From the IMG/VR virus record IMGVR_UViG_3300035698_007246, positions 1-64,000 of that record: a stretch of 64,000 nt of DNA; one strand, given 5' to 3'. How positions within the stretch are numbered: the stretch's first letter is position 1; each line of letters begins with the position of its first letter. Positions 1 through 9,918 of this stretch are shown here, piece after piece. The position numbers and the translations under genes were made by a program. The notes under the pieces are model-generated. The model saw only the letters and a list, made by a program, of their open reading frames with translations. It searched no databases and was not told where the DNA came from. The stretch comes from a virus.

Positions 1-85
1 AGTGCTTTTTAAAAGTGCTCAGGATTTTTGTAATTTATATAAATACTTAAATAACAGTAATAATAATAAATTAAGGAGAGGTGAT

Positions 86-1195
86 ATGTCAATATTAGAT
101 AATATGAAAGAATTGTTGGAGAATAAACATTGTTTAAGTGAAAATTATATTATTGAATTGAGTTCAGGTGCTATTAAAAAAGCAATCGCCAAATTTGTTC
201 AACAAGATAATGATGAACAGGAAGTTACTAGTGTGGTAACCAAATTTAATGATTTAGCAAATAGAAAACAAATAAAAGGTGTTGATATATTTCAGATAAA
301 AACATTTGATGAGTTGAAACATATAGTTCAGAAATCTGGGGCGTCAAAATCACGTGGTGAAAAAGAAAAAATAATCAAGGATAAGGAAACAGAGATTGTT
401 TTTAAAAATAATGATGTATTAATTGTTTCTCCAAAAACGAGTGAATCATCAAGAAAATATGGATGTAATACAAAATGGTGTACAGCATCAACAAACCCAA
501 AAATGTGGGATGAATATAGATTAAATGGTGATAAATTATATTATATTATACCAAAAGATGGTGGTGAAAAAACTGCTGTTAAAGTTGAAAGAAATGATGA
601 TATGGAAATTTATGATGAAAAAGATAATGTGAAGGATTACAATTATCTTAAGGGTATTGCAAACCAATATGGTTTTAATGTGGATTTATTTAAACCTCTT
701 GATGACGCAACATATGATAAAATTATAGGTGATATTGAATTAACAGATGAATATTTTAGAAATTTTGTAGTTGATATGCTTCCAACCATAATTCCACCAA
801 CTCACAAAGGATTTGATAATATTGCTAATAAGATGGTTGTTATGATGCAACAAAAATATTATGATATTTTAGATAAACCCAGCAATGAAGAGTTTACTAC
901 GGTTGTAAGGGGTGTGATAGAACAGATTAAAAAAGATACTTCGGGCTTTGAAAATCATATGGATGACGCATTAACTGAATTAAAACGTATGTATGGAATT
1001 GATAATACAAGTGTTAATAATAAAATACATTTAATAGGTGATGTGATAAAAGAAGGTAGTGAGTTATCACATTCAATAAGATATGAACTTGACCCGTGGG
1101 GTATGGAAGATGTTAAAAAACAAATTAAAGATGGTGTGTGGGAAATGATAAGTAATTTAGAATCATTTACAAAACAGTATTATGGAGGTGTTTGA
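86..1195 (+). CDS. hypothetical protein
   Basis: Long ORF. ATG at 86 follows AGGAGAGG RBS. No motif recognised. Confidence 0.5.
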   Translation: MSILDNMKELLENKHCLSENYIIELSSGAIKKAIAKFVQQDNDEQEVTSVVTKFNDLANRKQIKGVDIFQIKTFDELKHIVQKSGASKSRGEKEKIIKDKETEIVFKNNDVLIVSPKTSESSRKYGCNTKWCTASTNPKMWDEYRLNGDKLYYIIPKDGGEKTAVKVERNDDMEIYDEKDNVKDYNYLKGIANQYGFNVDLFKPLDDATYDKIIGDIELTDEYFRNFVVDMLPTIIPPTHKGFDNIANKMVVMMQQKYYDILDKPSNEEFTTVVRGVIEQIKKDTSGFENHMDDALTELKRMYGIDNTSVNNKIHLIGDVIKEGSELSHSIRYELDPWGMEDVKKQIKDGVWEMISNLESFTKQYYGGV

Positions 1196-1320
1196 TAAGT
1201 GATGATGAAGCTAATTCTATAATGGAGTTCTACAAACAATTTGGGGTTGTAGAAAACAAAGATAAAAATCAAGACTTTGAAATAAGTGATAGTATGTATA
1301 GATTACCTAGGAGATAATTA

Positions 1321-1911
1321 ATGAATAAGAATAAGAGTAGAACAATAGCCGATAGAGCGAATCAGTTCTTTTACGAACACATAGTTCATGAGGACTTTAT
1401 AAGTGCCCCACAACCTAAAACGGATTTTGATCCATTCGCACCAAACTATGGCAACACACAACAATCAGTAAAACTACATGTGGGTGATGAAAAGAAACCA
1501 ATGGAAACTGACGTAACAAAGGATGTTGATAATGATATCCCAGACACAGCGGATAAGGATGATTCATCTGAAAAGGGTAATAGAAGTCTTGTTTTAAAAA
1601 TGTATAAAGAAATGGGTACTCTTGTAAAAGAAGTTAATTCTAAATTACGAGTTATTGAAAATAAATTTGTCAAAATAAATAGTGGACTTGATACCGCTCC
1701 GGGTGAAAAAGTTACAGAACTTGATGGAATATCAACTCAACTATATGGTGACATTGAAAAATTTAATGATATTGTTAAAGATGTTGTGGACGCTTTGAAT
1801 TCCGTTGACCTTGGTGGTAAGACTGAAGAACTTCCTACAGAAGTTGTTGACAAAGAAGGTGACCACGAGGAAGAGCAAGAAGAGGACACAGTAGAAGTTG
1901 GAGAAGAATAA
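1321..1911 (+). CDS. hypothetical acidic protein
   Basis: ORF preceded by TAGGAGA RBS. D/E-rich C-terminus. Stop overlaps next start (ATGA junction at 1911). Confidence 0.5.
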   Translation: MNKNKSRTIADRANQFFYEHIVHEDFISAPQPKTDFDPFAPNYGNTQQSVKLHVGDEKKPMETDVTKDVDNDIPDTADKDDSSEKGNRSLVLKMYKEMGTLVKEVNSKLRVIENKFVKINSGLDTAPGEKVTELDGISTQLYGDIEKFNDIVKDVVDALNSVDLGGKTEELPTEVVDKEGDHEEEQEEDTVEVGEE

Positions 1912-3137
1912 TGAGTTTTTATAAACACTATTTTGTTGAAAGAAATCCGAACATTGCGTCATATGAGACGACAGAGGAAATGGTTAAGAAATATAAAGGT
2001 GATGATTATAGTCTTCGTTTTGTTAAGGATTTTGATGATGAATATGGTGATAAAGTTAACAAAGTAGGAGTAAATACTCAGGGGGGGTGGAATAATCCAC
2101 GTGGTATATATGGATATTGGGTTGATGATATTACTGATAACATTGCTGCTGATTATGGTAGAAACTTTTCCAAAGCATATATTTTAAAACGAATTCCTGT
2201 TGGTGAACAAATTATAGATATTGGTAGTTTAGGAAGAGCTGATTATAAAAGATTGAATGAAAAATTGAAAGAATATATAAATGGGTATATGGATGAACAT
2301 AAAATTAAAAATACAAAGGGTGGATTAATCAGTGATGAATTTGAAAAATTTTGGAATAAATTTTTAAAGGACGCTGAATATGCTGCTGATAATAAATCAG
2401 ATGGTGGTATTTTATTTTATAGTATTATATTATTATCTCAAGTGATTGCAAATACAATTGGTAGAAAACCTGATACCATTCAAACTGAGATATGGAGAAA
2501 AGGATTAGGTGTGACTTTTATTGGTGATAAAGGAGCTGGTATAATACATCCTAATGAAAAGGGACAAGTGTTATTTTTATCCCCAAAGGCATATAAAGTT
2601 GTTGATTCCACTGACAATAAGAAAAAATATGATGTATTGAAAGGAACCAATATTAGAGGAGCTATAAGGGCTGCGATATTTAAAGATAATGTTGAATTTT
2701 TTAAAAATATATTTAAAAACTATGGTGAATCAATGGATAATTTTGCACCATCAATAGGAGATATGTATAATAGACATATGAATGGAGTTCTTGACCCAGC
2801 CGAACATCTTATTGATTATTTTATTAAAAATGTAGACAGTAAAGTAGCTAAAAAACAAATATTGCGAAGTGCGATACATTATGGTCGTTTTGAAGATGTT
2901 GAAAAAATTGAAGACCGTATTGGTAAAGTTCGGTGGGGTGGTTCTGAATTAATGTCTGCAATTGATAGTGGTAGCCAAAGCATGATTAATTATGTTATAG
3001 ACAAAGGTGTTCCTATTGATGATGATGTTTTAGATTATGCCATAAATAAAAATACACCACAATTTTTATTAAATTTATTAACTAAAGAAAAAATTAAACA
3101 AGATTTAAAACTGCATAGAAATAAAAAGGATATCTAA
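1911..3137 (+). CDS. hypothetical protein
   Basis: 408-aa ORF translationally coupled to both neighbours. Confidence 0.5.
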   Translation: MSFYKHYFVERNPNIASYETTEEMVKKYKGDDYSLRFVKDFDDEYGDKVNKVGVNTQGGWNNPRGIYGYWVDDITDNIAADYGRNFSKAYILKRIPVGEQIIDIGSLGRADYKRLNEKLKEYINGYMDEHKIKNTKGGLISDEFEKFWNKFLKDAEYAADNKSDGGILFYSIILLSQVIANTIGRKPDTIQTEIWRKGLGVTFIGDKGAGIIHPNEKGQVLFLSPKAYKVVDSTDNKKKYDVLKGTNIRGAIRAAIFKDNVEFFKNIFKNYGESMDNFAPSIGDMYNRHMNGVLDPAEHLIDYFIKNVDSKVAKKQILRSAIHYGRFEDVEKIEDRIGKVRWGGSELMSAIDSGSQSMINYVIDKGVPIDDDVLDYAINKNTPQFLLNLLTKEKIKQDLKLHRNKKDI

Positions 3138-4105
3138 TGAGCAAAGATTTTTATGACCACTATCATGTTGAGGGTGAATGTTGTGAAGATGAAATAGTTT
3201 ATGAAATTGATTTAAATGATTTGACTGGTGAGCAGATGGAATCATTAATTGAAGTTCATAAACGATTCCTCATGACAAAAACAGACCGTGGTAGAATTAA
3301 AAGGGCACGACAAGATATCAGAACTCATCGTAGACAAATACGTTCGAGTGAAGATAGTGAAGGTAATGAAATCATTGAATATGATTTTCGTGCAAATCCA
3401 TCTACTGAATTCCGTAATCATTGGGGATATGTTATTCATGACGGTGATGATATAAAGGAAGTCTTTTGCGATTGTAAAGATTTCTTTTATCGTTTATATG
3501 CTCCAATGGTAAAGAATGGTTTAGCAACGTGGGATATACCTAAAAAATATAAAAAGAGAATGGAAAAATTCATTAAACCACATAATCATGAGTGGACCGA
3601 CAAAACAAACCCGTCAGGAAAGCTTTACATATGCAAGCATTTATATGCTTTGATTCAAGAATTTGTTGGTGAAGGAATTGTAGCTAAACCACTTGCAGGT
3701 GTTAAGATTTCTCCTGAAGTTAAGAAACGTCTTGCTAAAGATAAAGCCACACAAAGAGCTGATGCTGCTAAATCTGACGTAAGTGTTGCAGGTGATGAAC
3801 GTGATGGTGATAAGCATATTGGTACTGATGATGTATTGGATAAGGACGCTATTGCTGCTGATATGGACGTTCACAAAGCCAAAGAAGATGATAAAGCTAA
3901 AGGTGACGAAGAAAACGATAAGGAAGTTGACGCTAAAGCTAATGCTGAAGAGGAAAAGGCTAAAGAAAAAGAAGCCAAGATTAAGGCCAAGGAAAAAGAG
4001 TTAGAAGATAAAGTTAAAGAGAAAGACGCTGAGGAAAAGGAAAAGAAGAAACCGGGTCATGTTAGACGTGCTTGGGATTACATTAAATCCAAATTTAAAA
4101 AATAA
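3137..4105 (+). CDS. SWIM zinc-finger protein with K/E-rich low-complexity tail
   Basis: CxC...CxH pattern (FCDCKDFFYR ... ICKHLYALI) typical of SWIM fingers. C-terminal KAKEKEAKIKAKEKE low-complexity segment. Confidence 0.45.
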   Translation: MSKDFYDHYHVEGECCEDEIVYEIDLNDLTGEQMESLIEVHKRFLMTKTDRGRIKRARQDIRTHRRQIRSSEDSEGNEIIEYDFRANPSTEFRNHWGYVIHDGDDIKEVFCDCKDFFYRLYAPMVKNGLATWDIPKKYKKRMEKFIKPHNHEWTDKTNPSGKLYICKHLYALIQEFVGEGIVAKPLAGVKISPEVKKRLAKDKATQRADAAKSDVSVAGDERDGDKHIGTDDVLDKDAIAADMDVHKAKEDDKAKGDEENDKEVDAKANAEEEKAKEKEAKIKAKEKELEDKVKEKDAEEKEKKKPGHVRRAWDYIKSKFKK

Positions 4106-4147
4106 TGATACTGGATTCTGAATTCATATTAAAAATAATGAAAGATA

Positions 4148-4192
4148 GAGACATCATTTAATGTGATGTCTCTTCTTTTATTGGTATCAAAT
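4148..4192 (+). terminator. rho-independent terminator
   Basis: Inverted repeat AGAGACATCA / TGATGTCTCT followed by TCTTTTATT. Confidence 0.6.
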
Positions 4193-4354
4193 TACCAGAA
4201 CTTCAAAAACTATTTGATGGTGAAATTATTCGTGGGTGGCAAATGATTAAATTGATGAGATTTTTCAAATGCAAGTCTACAATCATATTTAAAATGGAAC
4301 CATCTCCAATAATCCACACCACACCAACCTCAAGAAAATATTTATAAAAAACTG

Positions 4355-4383
4355 TTGACATTGCTTTCCCCATGAACTATATT
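4355..4383 (+). promoter_or_regulatory. sigma70-like promoter (TTGACA-N17-TATATT)
   Basis: TTGACA at 4355-4360, 17-nt spacer, TATATT at 4378-4383. One member of the promoter family repeated through this window. Confidence 0.55.
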
Positions 4384-4409
4384 GTTCTTTTAAAATGATG
4401 GAGAAAATT

Positions 4410-6302
4410 ATGTCTGAAACGTTTAAAGTGTTTAAAGAAGAGTTTGAACTTATTGAATCTATTGACGATAAGATTAAAATTTTAGTAGTTTTTATTGTTG
4501 GGTGTTCCAATGAATATTATGATGATAATTCCAGTCCAGTATCAGATTTTGAATTTGATACAATATGTGAATGGTTAGAAAATATTGACCCCGAAAATGA
4601 AATATTGACCAAGACTGGCTTTGGGTATGAAGTTGGTAAAGATGGAATAAAACATCCATATCATGAAATTGTAGGAATCAGTAATAAAATCAATATCACT
4701 GAGGGGGATATTGTAAATAATGGTGACGCAACAATTAGTTCAAAATATGATGGATGTTCTTTAGAACACTATTATAAGAATAATTATTATTATATGTCAA
4801 TAACCCGTGGTAAAGAAGGTATTGGTAAGGATGTGACCGTTGCTTCACGTAAAAAAGTTCCTCATGAAATTGAAAGATTTCGTGGATATATTCGAGTTGA
4901 AGGAGTTGTCTCTTATACAAATTTCAAGAAATTTCCTGATGGTATGAGAATTCGTAATGCAGTATCTGGTGTTATTGGTGCTAAAACATTGAAACATGAT
5001 TTATTGGAACTCATTGATTTTATTCCTGTTTCTGTTTATAATGCTGATGATGACATTATTTATCATCCAGATACTCAAAAATTTCATGAATATACTAAAG
5101 GGTTTAAGATATGTCCTATTCTACGAGTTGTTGATGGTGATATTAAATTAGATAATGAATTACTTGATAGTATTCGGGAAGATTATGCAGTTGATGGTTT
5201 TGTGTGTTATAAAGACAATGATATTCTTTGTGCTTACAAATACCCAAATGAATATGCTTATCCAAAAGTATTATCAGTTGAATCTAAAACTCAACCAACT
5301 GGTAAAATATTTCCATCTTCTATTCATATTGAACCTACAGAGATATCTGATTGCGTTACTAGTAAGGTGACTGGCAAATCCGGTGAAACTGTTATCAATG
5401 GGAAAATTGGACCTGGTGCTGTGATTGAAATTGTTCGGTCTGGTGAGGTTGTTCCTAATTGGACTAAAAATGTAATTAAAGAATCTGATGATGTGTGGGA
5501 ACCTCATTGTTCTTATGGGTGTGATGATAAATATATCAAGTGGGTTAAAGCAAATTGTTATTGTACGAACCCGGAATGTCCATCTGTTTTTGAAGCGATT
5601 GTTGATAAAACATTACGTCAATTTGCCCCAAAGGGGTTTTCTGATGATATGAGTGATATGGTTATAGAGCATATGAAGAATTGGGTTACAGGTACTGAGT
5701 TGAATGTATTAGAAATGTTTTTAGAATATATGTGTATTCATTATCGTGGATGGGATGGTGGAACTGTTTATCAGAAAAAATTGATTGATGAAACATTTAA
5801 GGTTCTAATTAAAAAAGAAATGACTCTTTATGACCTTGTGACTGTTTGTTCTATTGAAGCATTTGGTAAATCCCTTTCAAGAGATTTGGAACCTAAGTTA
5901 CATGAGTGGACTAAAGGAGCTGGATGTGTTGATAGGGTTAGTTATATATTGATGAATAGAAAGGAATTTACTTCTGACGAAGTGAACAATTCAAAGGCTC
6001 GTGAATCATGGAAGAAAAGACATCACATATTATATAAGATGATGGAAGTTTTTGATATTATTCTTCCCGAAATTAAAGCAGTTGGTAAGAATGGAACTGT
6101 ATGTATTAGTGGAAATCTTCCATCGGGAACGAAGAAGAAAGCGTTTGTCCCTGAAATCGAACAGAGAGGGTACTCTTGGGTCGAATCTCTTAAGAAGGAT
6201 ACCACAATACTTATTTGTGCTAATCTGGCTTCAAATAAGGCTAATAAAGCCAGAAAGAATAAAATAGCTACTATGAGTGAAGAGGAGTTTTTAGCGTTAT
6301 GA
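4410..6302 (+). CDS. ligA: NAD-dependent DNA ligase (LigA-like)
   Basis: KYDGCSL adenylation motif (KxDG). LigA-type zinc finger CYCTNPECP (compare C-TNP-x-CP). C-terminal BRCT-like segment (VCISGNLPSGTKKKAF...ATMSEEEFLAL). Start chosen at ATG after GGAGAAAA RBS, downstream of the promoter. Confidence 0.6.
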   Translation: MSETFKVFKEEFELIESIDDKIKILVVFIVGCSNEYYDDNSSPVSDFEFDTICEWLENIDPENEILTKTGFGYEVGKDGIKHPYHEIVGISNKINITEGDIVNNGDATISSKYDGCSLEHYYKNNYYYMSITRGKEGIGKDVTVASRKKVPHEIERFRGYIRVEGVVSYTNFKKFPDGMRIRNAVSGVIGAKTLKHDLLELIDFIPVSVYNADDDIIYHPDTQKFHEYTKGFKICPILRVVDGDIKLDNELLDSIREDYAVDGFVCYKDNDILCAYKYPNEYAYPKVLSVESKTQPTGKIFPSSIHIEPTEISDCVTSKVTGKSGETVINGKIGPGAVIEIVRSGEVVPNWTKNVIKESDDVWEPHCSYGCDDKYIKWVKANCYCTNPECPSVFEAIVDKTLRQFAPKGFSDDMSDMVIEHMKNWVTGTELNVLEMFLEYMCIHYRGWDGGTVYQKKLIDETFKVLIKKEMTLYDLVTVCSIEAFGKSLSRDLEPKLHEWTKGAGCVDRVSYILMNRKEFTSDEVNNSKARESWKKRHHILYKMMEVFDIILPEIKAVGKNGTVCISGNLPSGTKKKAFVPEIEQRGYSWVESLKKDTTILICANLASNKANKARKNKIATMSEEEFLAL

Positions 6303-6712
6303 AAATGACTAAAAAATATTTAATAGGTATTGTAGTGTGGATTGTTATATCTGCTATTATAATTATTTCAAGTGTTTCAAAACAGGAACCAATTAAAACT
6401 GTTGTGGTGTATGATACAATTAAAGTTGTGTTTGATGATTTGAAATTTGTAGATTTTAAACAAACAGTTGATAGGTTATATTGTCGTTCTGGTAAATTTG
6501 AGATTTTTTCATCCGTGAAGAGTAGGGAATATGACCCATTTAATAATGATTCTATATACCAAATCTATACAATTGTTGTTTTTGAGAAAGGTTCTTGGGT
6601 GAATTATCGTAGTGGTCAATGTAAGAATGGAGAAAAATCAATAATTATTCGAAGACAATTTGATGGTGCAAAGAATTGGTTGAAAACTAAATTGGGGGAC
6701 TATAAAAATTGA
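6299..6712 (+). CDS. membrane-anchored hypothetical protein
   Basis: N-terminal hydrophobic helix (YLIGIVVWIVISAIIIISS). Start overlaps upstream stop. Confidence 0.45.
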   Translation: MKMTKKYLIGIVVWIVISAIIIISSVSKQEPIKTVVVYDTIKVVFDDLKFVDFKQTVDRLYCRSGKFEIFSSVKSREYDPFNNDSIYQIYTIVVFEKGSWVNYRSGQCKNGEKSIIIRRQFDGAKNWLKTKLGDYKN

Positions 6713-7032
6713 AATTAGGTGAGCTGTGCAGACAAGTAGAAGATTTAGAATTGACCGGGGTAGTTTTAATTCCATATAAAAAGACAACTATGTATGTTGA
6801 ACGTATCAGTCAATTCGGTATAATTCCTGTGGTAACAATTAGATTTTCAGAATCTGGTATTGCAACAGGAATTTCTGTCGAAAATTTCCAGGAGGTTATT
6901 CGTGAATTGGTTTCTAATGCTCCGGGTTGGACAAATTATGTTGATATTGAACTTTGGTATGGAGAGGAAAAATGTTATTCGTTAAATGAAACATATCAAG
7001 ACCATGAAAATTTATATTTGTGTATTGGATGA
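6709..7032 (+). CDS. hypothetical protein
   Basis: TTG start overlapping upstream TGA. Translational coupling. Confidence 0.4.
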   Translation: MKLGELCRQVEDLELTGVVLIPYKKTTMYVERISQFGIIPVVTIRFSESGIATGISVENFQEVIRELVSNAPGWTNYVDIELWYGEEKCYSLNETYQDHENLYLCIG

Positions 7033-7047
7033 TGTATAAATATTAGC

Positions 7048-7644
7048 ATGAAAACACAAATATTAAAATTAGACAAACTGAGCAATGTGCTCAAAAAAAG
7101 ACTCGATGATGCAGAGAAAGATATTGAAGCTGGTAACTACAAATCATTTTCTACTGTTGATGAGTTTATGGTAGAAATTACGAGACCGAGACCGTGGCAG
7201 ACACGTCTTAAATGGCGTATGGAACGATACTATGAAGATTGGGTTTCACCAAGCACATGGTATTACAGGTGCCGTAGATTTTATCTATGGTTTTTTAAAT
7301 GGGGATTTGACCCATATGATATCTGGTCATTGGACTATTCAACTGCGAAGTGGATATTACCTCGACTTAAAAAATTAAAAGAAATTAAGTCTGGGGTTCC
7401 TGTGGTTATGTTTGATAATAGAGAATTGTTTAAGGCATATGTGGCAGAACATGGACTCATATATTATAGTGAGGAAGACCGAGCTGAAGTTTTATGGGAG
7501 TTTGTTTTAGATAAAATGATTGAAGGCTTTGAACTCACGATTGAAGATGACTGGGGAAAGTCTGGTGGGTATATCCAACATTGTGAAAAGATTCAGGAAT
7601 GTATGGGTTATTTTGTAAAATATTTTTATTGTTTATGGGATTAA
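7048..7644 (+). CDS. hypothetical protein
   Basis: 198-aa ORF, W/Y-rich, no motif recognised. Confidence 0.45.
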   Translation: MKTQILKLDKLSNVLKKRLDDAEKDIEAGNYKSFSTVDEFMVEITRPRPWQTRLKWRMERYYEDWVSPSTWYYRCRRFYLWFFKWGFDPYDIWSLDYSTAKWILPRLKKLKEIKSGVPVVMFDNRELFKAYVAEHGLIYYSEEDRAEVLWEFVLDKMIEGFELTIEDDWGKSGGYIQHCEKIQECMGYFVKYFYCLWD

Positions 7645-7645
7645 C

Positions 7646-7963
7646 ATGAATTTAAAAGAAGCTAAAATTTTAAATATAAAATCAATGATATTGGAACTTG
7701 GTAAAATCTATCAAAGAATGGGAGATTCTGATTTGAGGAAAGATTTTAAACGGTTCCTTTTCTTCATTCAATCCAACAAAGCCGATTTCAAGTTGGTGTT
7801 GGAGTTTGTAATTAAACGAATAGAAATGTATGGGAAATCTAAAAATACAATTGATGGTCTTGATAATAAAGGGATTATTAATTTTTGGAAAAAGATTAAG
7901 GAATTAATTTTGGGTACATATTTGAAAAATAAAGACATTGATAGGAGTATTGATGGAAGATAA
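7646..7963 (+). CDS. hypothetical protein
   Basis: ORF immediately following previous stop. Confidence 0.4.
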   Translation: MNLKEAKILNIKSMILELGKIYQRMGDSDLRKDFKRFLFFIQSNKADFKLVLEFVIKRIEMYGKSKNTIDGLDNKGIINFWKKIKELILGTYLKNKDIDRSIDGR

Positions 7964-8086
7964 GAAAAAGATTGAAAAGGAAAAAGATGTTAAGTATGAC
8001 ATCAATGGTAAAGAATGTAAAACTCCTAAAAATATTATTTGGGGTAGACGACATAAAAAGTTTGTTAAAAAATAAATTGAGGAGAA

Positions 8087-8689
8087 TTGATGATTACTGT
8101 GTTAATACTGTTGGTTATATTGTTTATTATAATTGGAACTGTTGTTTCTAATTGGAAATATATTGAAGAAAAATATGAATCACACAAAAAGAATTTTGCA
8201 ATAAAGACACATATAAAGAAAAGTCACCAATCTGTTAGAAATAATATTACCAATAGTTTTATTGGTGGTGATGTGGTTGGTGGAAATTCTATAAGCACCA
8301 CACAATCATTTGGCAAGACTACGGTAACTATAAACGGTAAAAAATATACTGGTATGGGTTCTTCTGTTATCAAGAATGGTAACGTTTACATTGGTGGAGA
8401 ACTAATGAATGATGATGATGATGTTGATTTATCAAATCATACCATTTCTGTTGAAGGTGATGTTGCAAGTTTAAGTACTGATTTGTCTGTTGTCGTTAAA
8501 GGTAGAGTTACTGGAGGAATTATTGCAGGTGGTTCTATCACATGTGGTGATGTTGAGGGTGATGTTAATGCACGTGGCGGTTCTGTGAATTGTGATAATG
8601 TCCGTGGGAATGTTGAAGCTCATGGCTCTGTGAATTGTGATAATGTTGGTGGAAATATTGACGCAATGGGGAGTGTGAATCATGGATAA
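8087..8689 (+). CDS. membrane-anchored bactofilin-like (beta-helical G-V/N repeat) protein
   Basis: N-terminal TM helix, then tandem short repeats (GDVEGDVNARGGSVNCDNVRGNVEAHGSVNCDNVGGNID) resembling bactofilin/DUF583-type beta-helix repeats. Confidence 0.4.
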   Translation: MMITVLILLVILFIIIGTVVSNWKYIEEKYESHKKNFAIKTHIKKSHQSVRNNITNSFIGGDVVGGNSISTTQSFGKTTVTINGKKYTGMGSSVIKNGNVYIGGELMNDDDDVDLSNHTISVEGDVASLSTDLSVVVKGRVTGGIIAGGSITCGDVEGDVNARGGSVNCDNVRGNVEAHGSVNCDNVGGNIDAMGSVNHG

Positions 8690-8847
8690 GAGATGTCATA
8701 AATGTACACATAAAAGTGTGTGTTATATACAAATAGAATTTAAAAAGTTTACTATGAAAGTAAGTGATTATTCGATAGCTCGTGGTAATATGAGACGAGC
8801 ATTTGCTGAATTTGCAAAAAATTGTGATAATTATAAGGAGAAAACTG

Positions 8848-9093
8848 ATGAATAATTTTAAGTATTGTTCAAAGTGTGAAGATGAGACTCTTCATGATGG
8901 AGAACAATGTCGTAGATGTATTAATGAACATAAAGTATTTGTGAATATACCAATGGTGGTTCTTGATACTATGGTGCATACATATAAAATGTCAGTGGAT
9001 GAAGCTATTGATGGCATTGTCAAAACTGTTCGTGCGGAAATCAAAAAGAATTATGAACTGTGGTTAGCTGGTAAAGCTAAAGATGATGTGTAA
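8848..9093 (+). CDS. small zinc-ribbon protein
   Basis: CSKCEDE...CRRC four-cysteine ribbon. ATG after AAGGAGAAAA RBS. Confidence 0.45.
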   Translation: MNNFKYCSKCEDETLHDGEQCRRCINEHKVFVNIPMVVLDTMVHTYKMSVDEAIDGIVKTVRAEIKKNYELWLAGKAKDDV

Positions 9094-9096
9094 TGC

Positions 9097-9130
9097 TGAA
9101 GTAAATTGCTTCAGACAATTTTGAAGTAAA
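9097..9130 (+). repeat. intergenic hairpin repeat copy 1 (TGCTTCAG..CAATTTGAAG family)
   Basis: GCTGAAGtaaattGCTTCAGACAATTTTGAAG immediately after a stop codon. Shares its core with three further copies downstream. Confidence 0.5.
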
Positions 9131-9239
9131 TGTTAATAGCAAGAAAGTAAAATAAAGGTTGCCTGGAATAAAGTAGACTTCAGAGCAACCTAAAAATAAC
9201 ACTTAATTTGCAAACTTCAGTTTTGTAGAAAGGATTGTT

Positions 9240-9419
9240 ATGAAAGAAATTTTTAAAAACATATTACAAACAATAGCATGGATGTTGATATTTGATTATT
9301 TCATTTATTTCCAGGCAAAAAGAAAATGTATGAAAAAAGTTGAGAATGTGTTTGATTGGCTTGGTGGTATATTAATGTTACTGTTTATAATATGTGGATT
9401 AATTTGGATTTGGATGTAA
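9240..9419 (+). CDS. small membrane protein (59 aa)
   Basis: Below the ORF-track cutoff. Two hydrophobic segments. Followed by hairpin repeat copy 2. Confidence 0.3.
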   Translation: MKEIFKNILQTIAWMLIFDYFIYFQAKRKCMKKVENVFDWLGGILMLLFIICGLIWIWM

Positions 9420-9423
9420 GATA

Positions 9424-9460
9424 ATGCTGAATTAATTTTCTTCAGAAAAATTGAATGAAA
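9424..9460 (+). repeat. intergenic hairpin repeat copy 2
   Basis: GCTGAATTAATTTTCTTCAGAAAAATTGAATG. Same CTGAA/TTCAG stem and downstream AATTTGAA core. Confidence 0.45.
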
Positions 9461-9468
9461 GGTTATAA

Positions 9469-9620
9469 TGGACCAAGGAACTGTAATAATTAAAAATATT
9501 GAATTACCAGAGAATACAGAAATTTGTATTGATGATATTCATTTTACAGAGGAAACTCTGGCAGAAATTTTGGGACTACAAAGAGATGAAGTTAAAATTG
9601 AATATGATGAAATTGTATAA
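9469..9620 (+). CDS. small hypothetical protein (50 aa)
   Basis: Micro-ORF between repeat copies 2 and 3. RBS AAGGAA upstream. Confidence 0.3.
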
Positions 9621-9656
9621 CCCATGGTTAAACTGCTTCAGTCAGTTTGGAGCGTT
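9621..9656 (+). repeat. intergenic hairpin repeat copy 3
   Basis: CCCATGGTTAAACTGCTTCAGTCAGTTTGGAGCG. Near-identical to copy 4 (CCCATGGTTAAAATGCTTCAGCCAATTTGAAGCA). Confidence 0.55.
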
Positions 9657-9689
9657 TGTTATAAATTTGAAATTAAAGGAAGAGATAAA

Positions 9690-9848
9690 ATGACTTTTGA
9701 AAAATGGTTTAATGAATTGGGCAGCAAAAAGCCGCTAAATAATAGTGAAGATATTAAAGAGATGGCAAAATCAGCTTTTGCAGCTGGGATGATAACAGCA
9801 AAAATACAAGAGATTAATTATCTTTTAGAAAACAAGGGTGATGTATAA
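9690..9848 (+). CDS. small hypothetical protein (52 aa)
   Basis: ATG after AAGGAAGAG RBS. Stop TAA followed directly by repeat copy 4. Confidence 0.35.
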   Translation: MTFEKWFNELGSKKPLNNSEDIKEMAKSAFAAGMITAKIQEINYLLENKGDV

Positions 9849-9883
9849 CCCATGGTTAAAATGCTTCAGCCAATTTGAAGCAA
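9848..9883 (+). repeat. intergenic hairpin repeat copy 4
   Basis: CCCATGGTTAAAATGCTTCAGCCAATTTGAAGCAATGG. Stem TGCTTCA/TGAAGCA. Confidence 0.55.
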
Positions 9884-9918
9884 TGGTTATAATTTAAATT
9901 TAAAAGAAAGTAGGAGAC

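Noticed and set aside
1446-1962. Three antisense ORFs (63-75 aa) opposite the acidic protein gene
   Set aside because: Low-complexity S/T/F-rich translations typical of antisense reading of GAA/GAT-rich acidic coding sequence. The window is otherwise unidirectional.
3783-4004. 73-aa K/R-rich ORF on + strand inside the SWIM-protein gene
   Set aside because: Alternative frame of the low-complexity KAKEKE-encoding tail. Composition artefact of a GAA/AAG-rich stretch.
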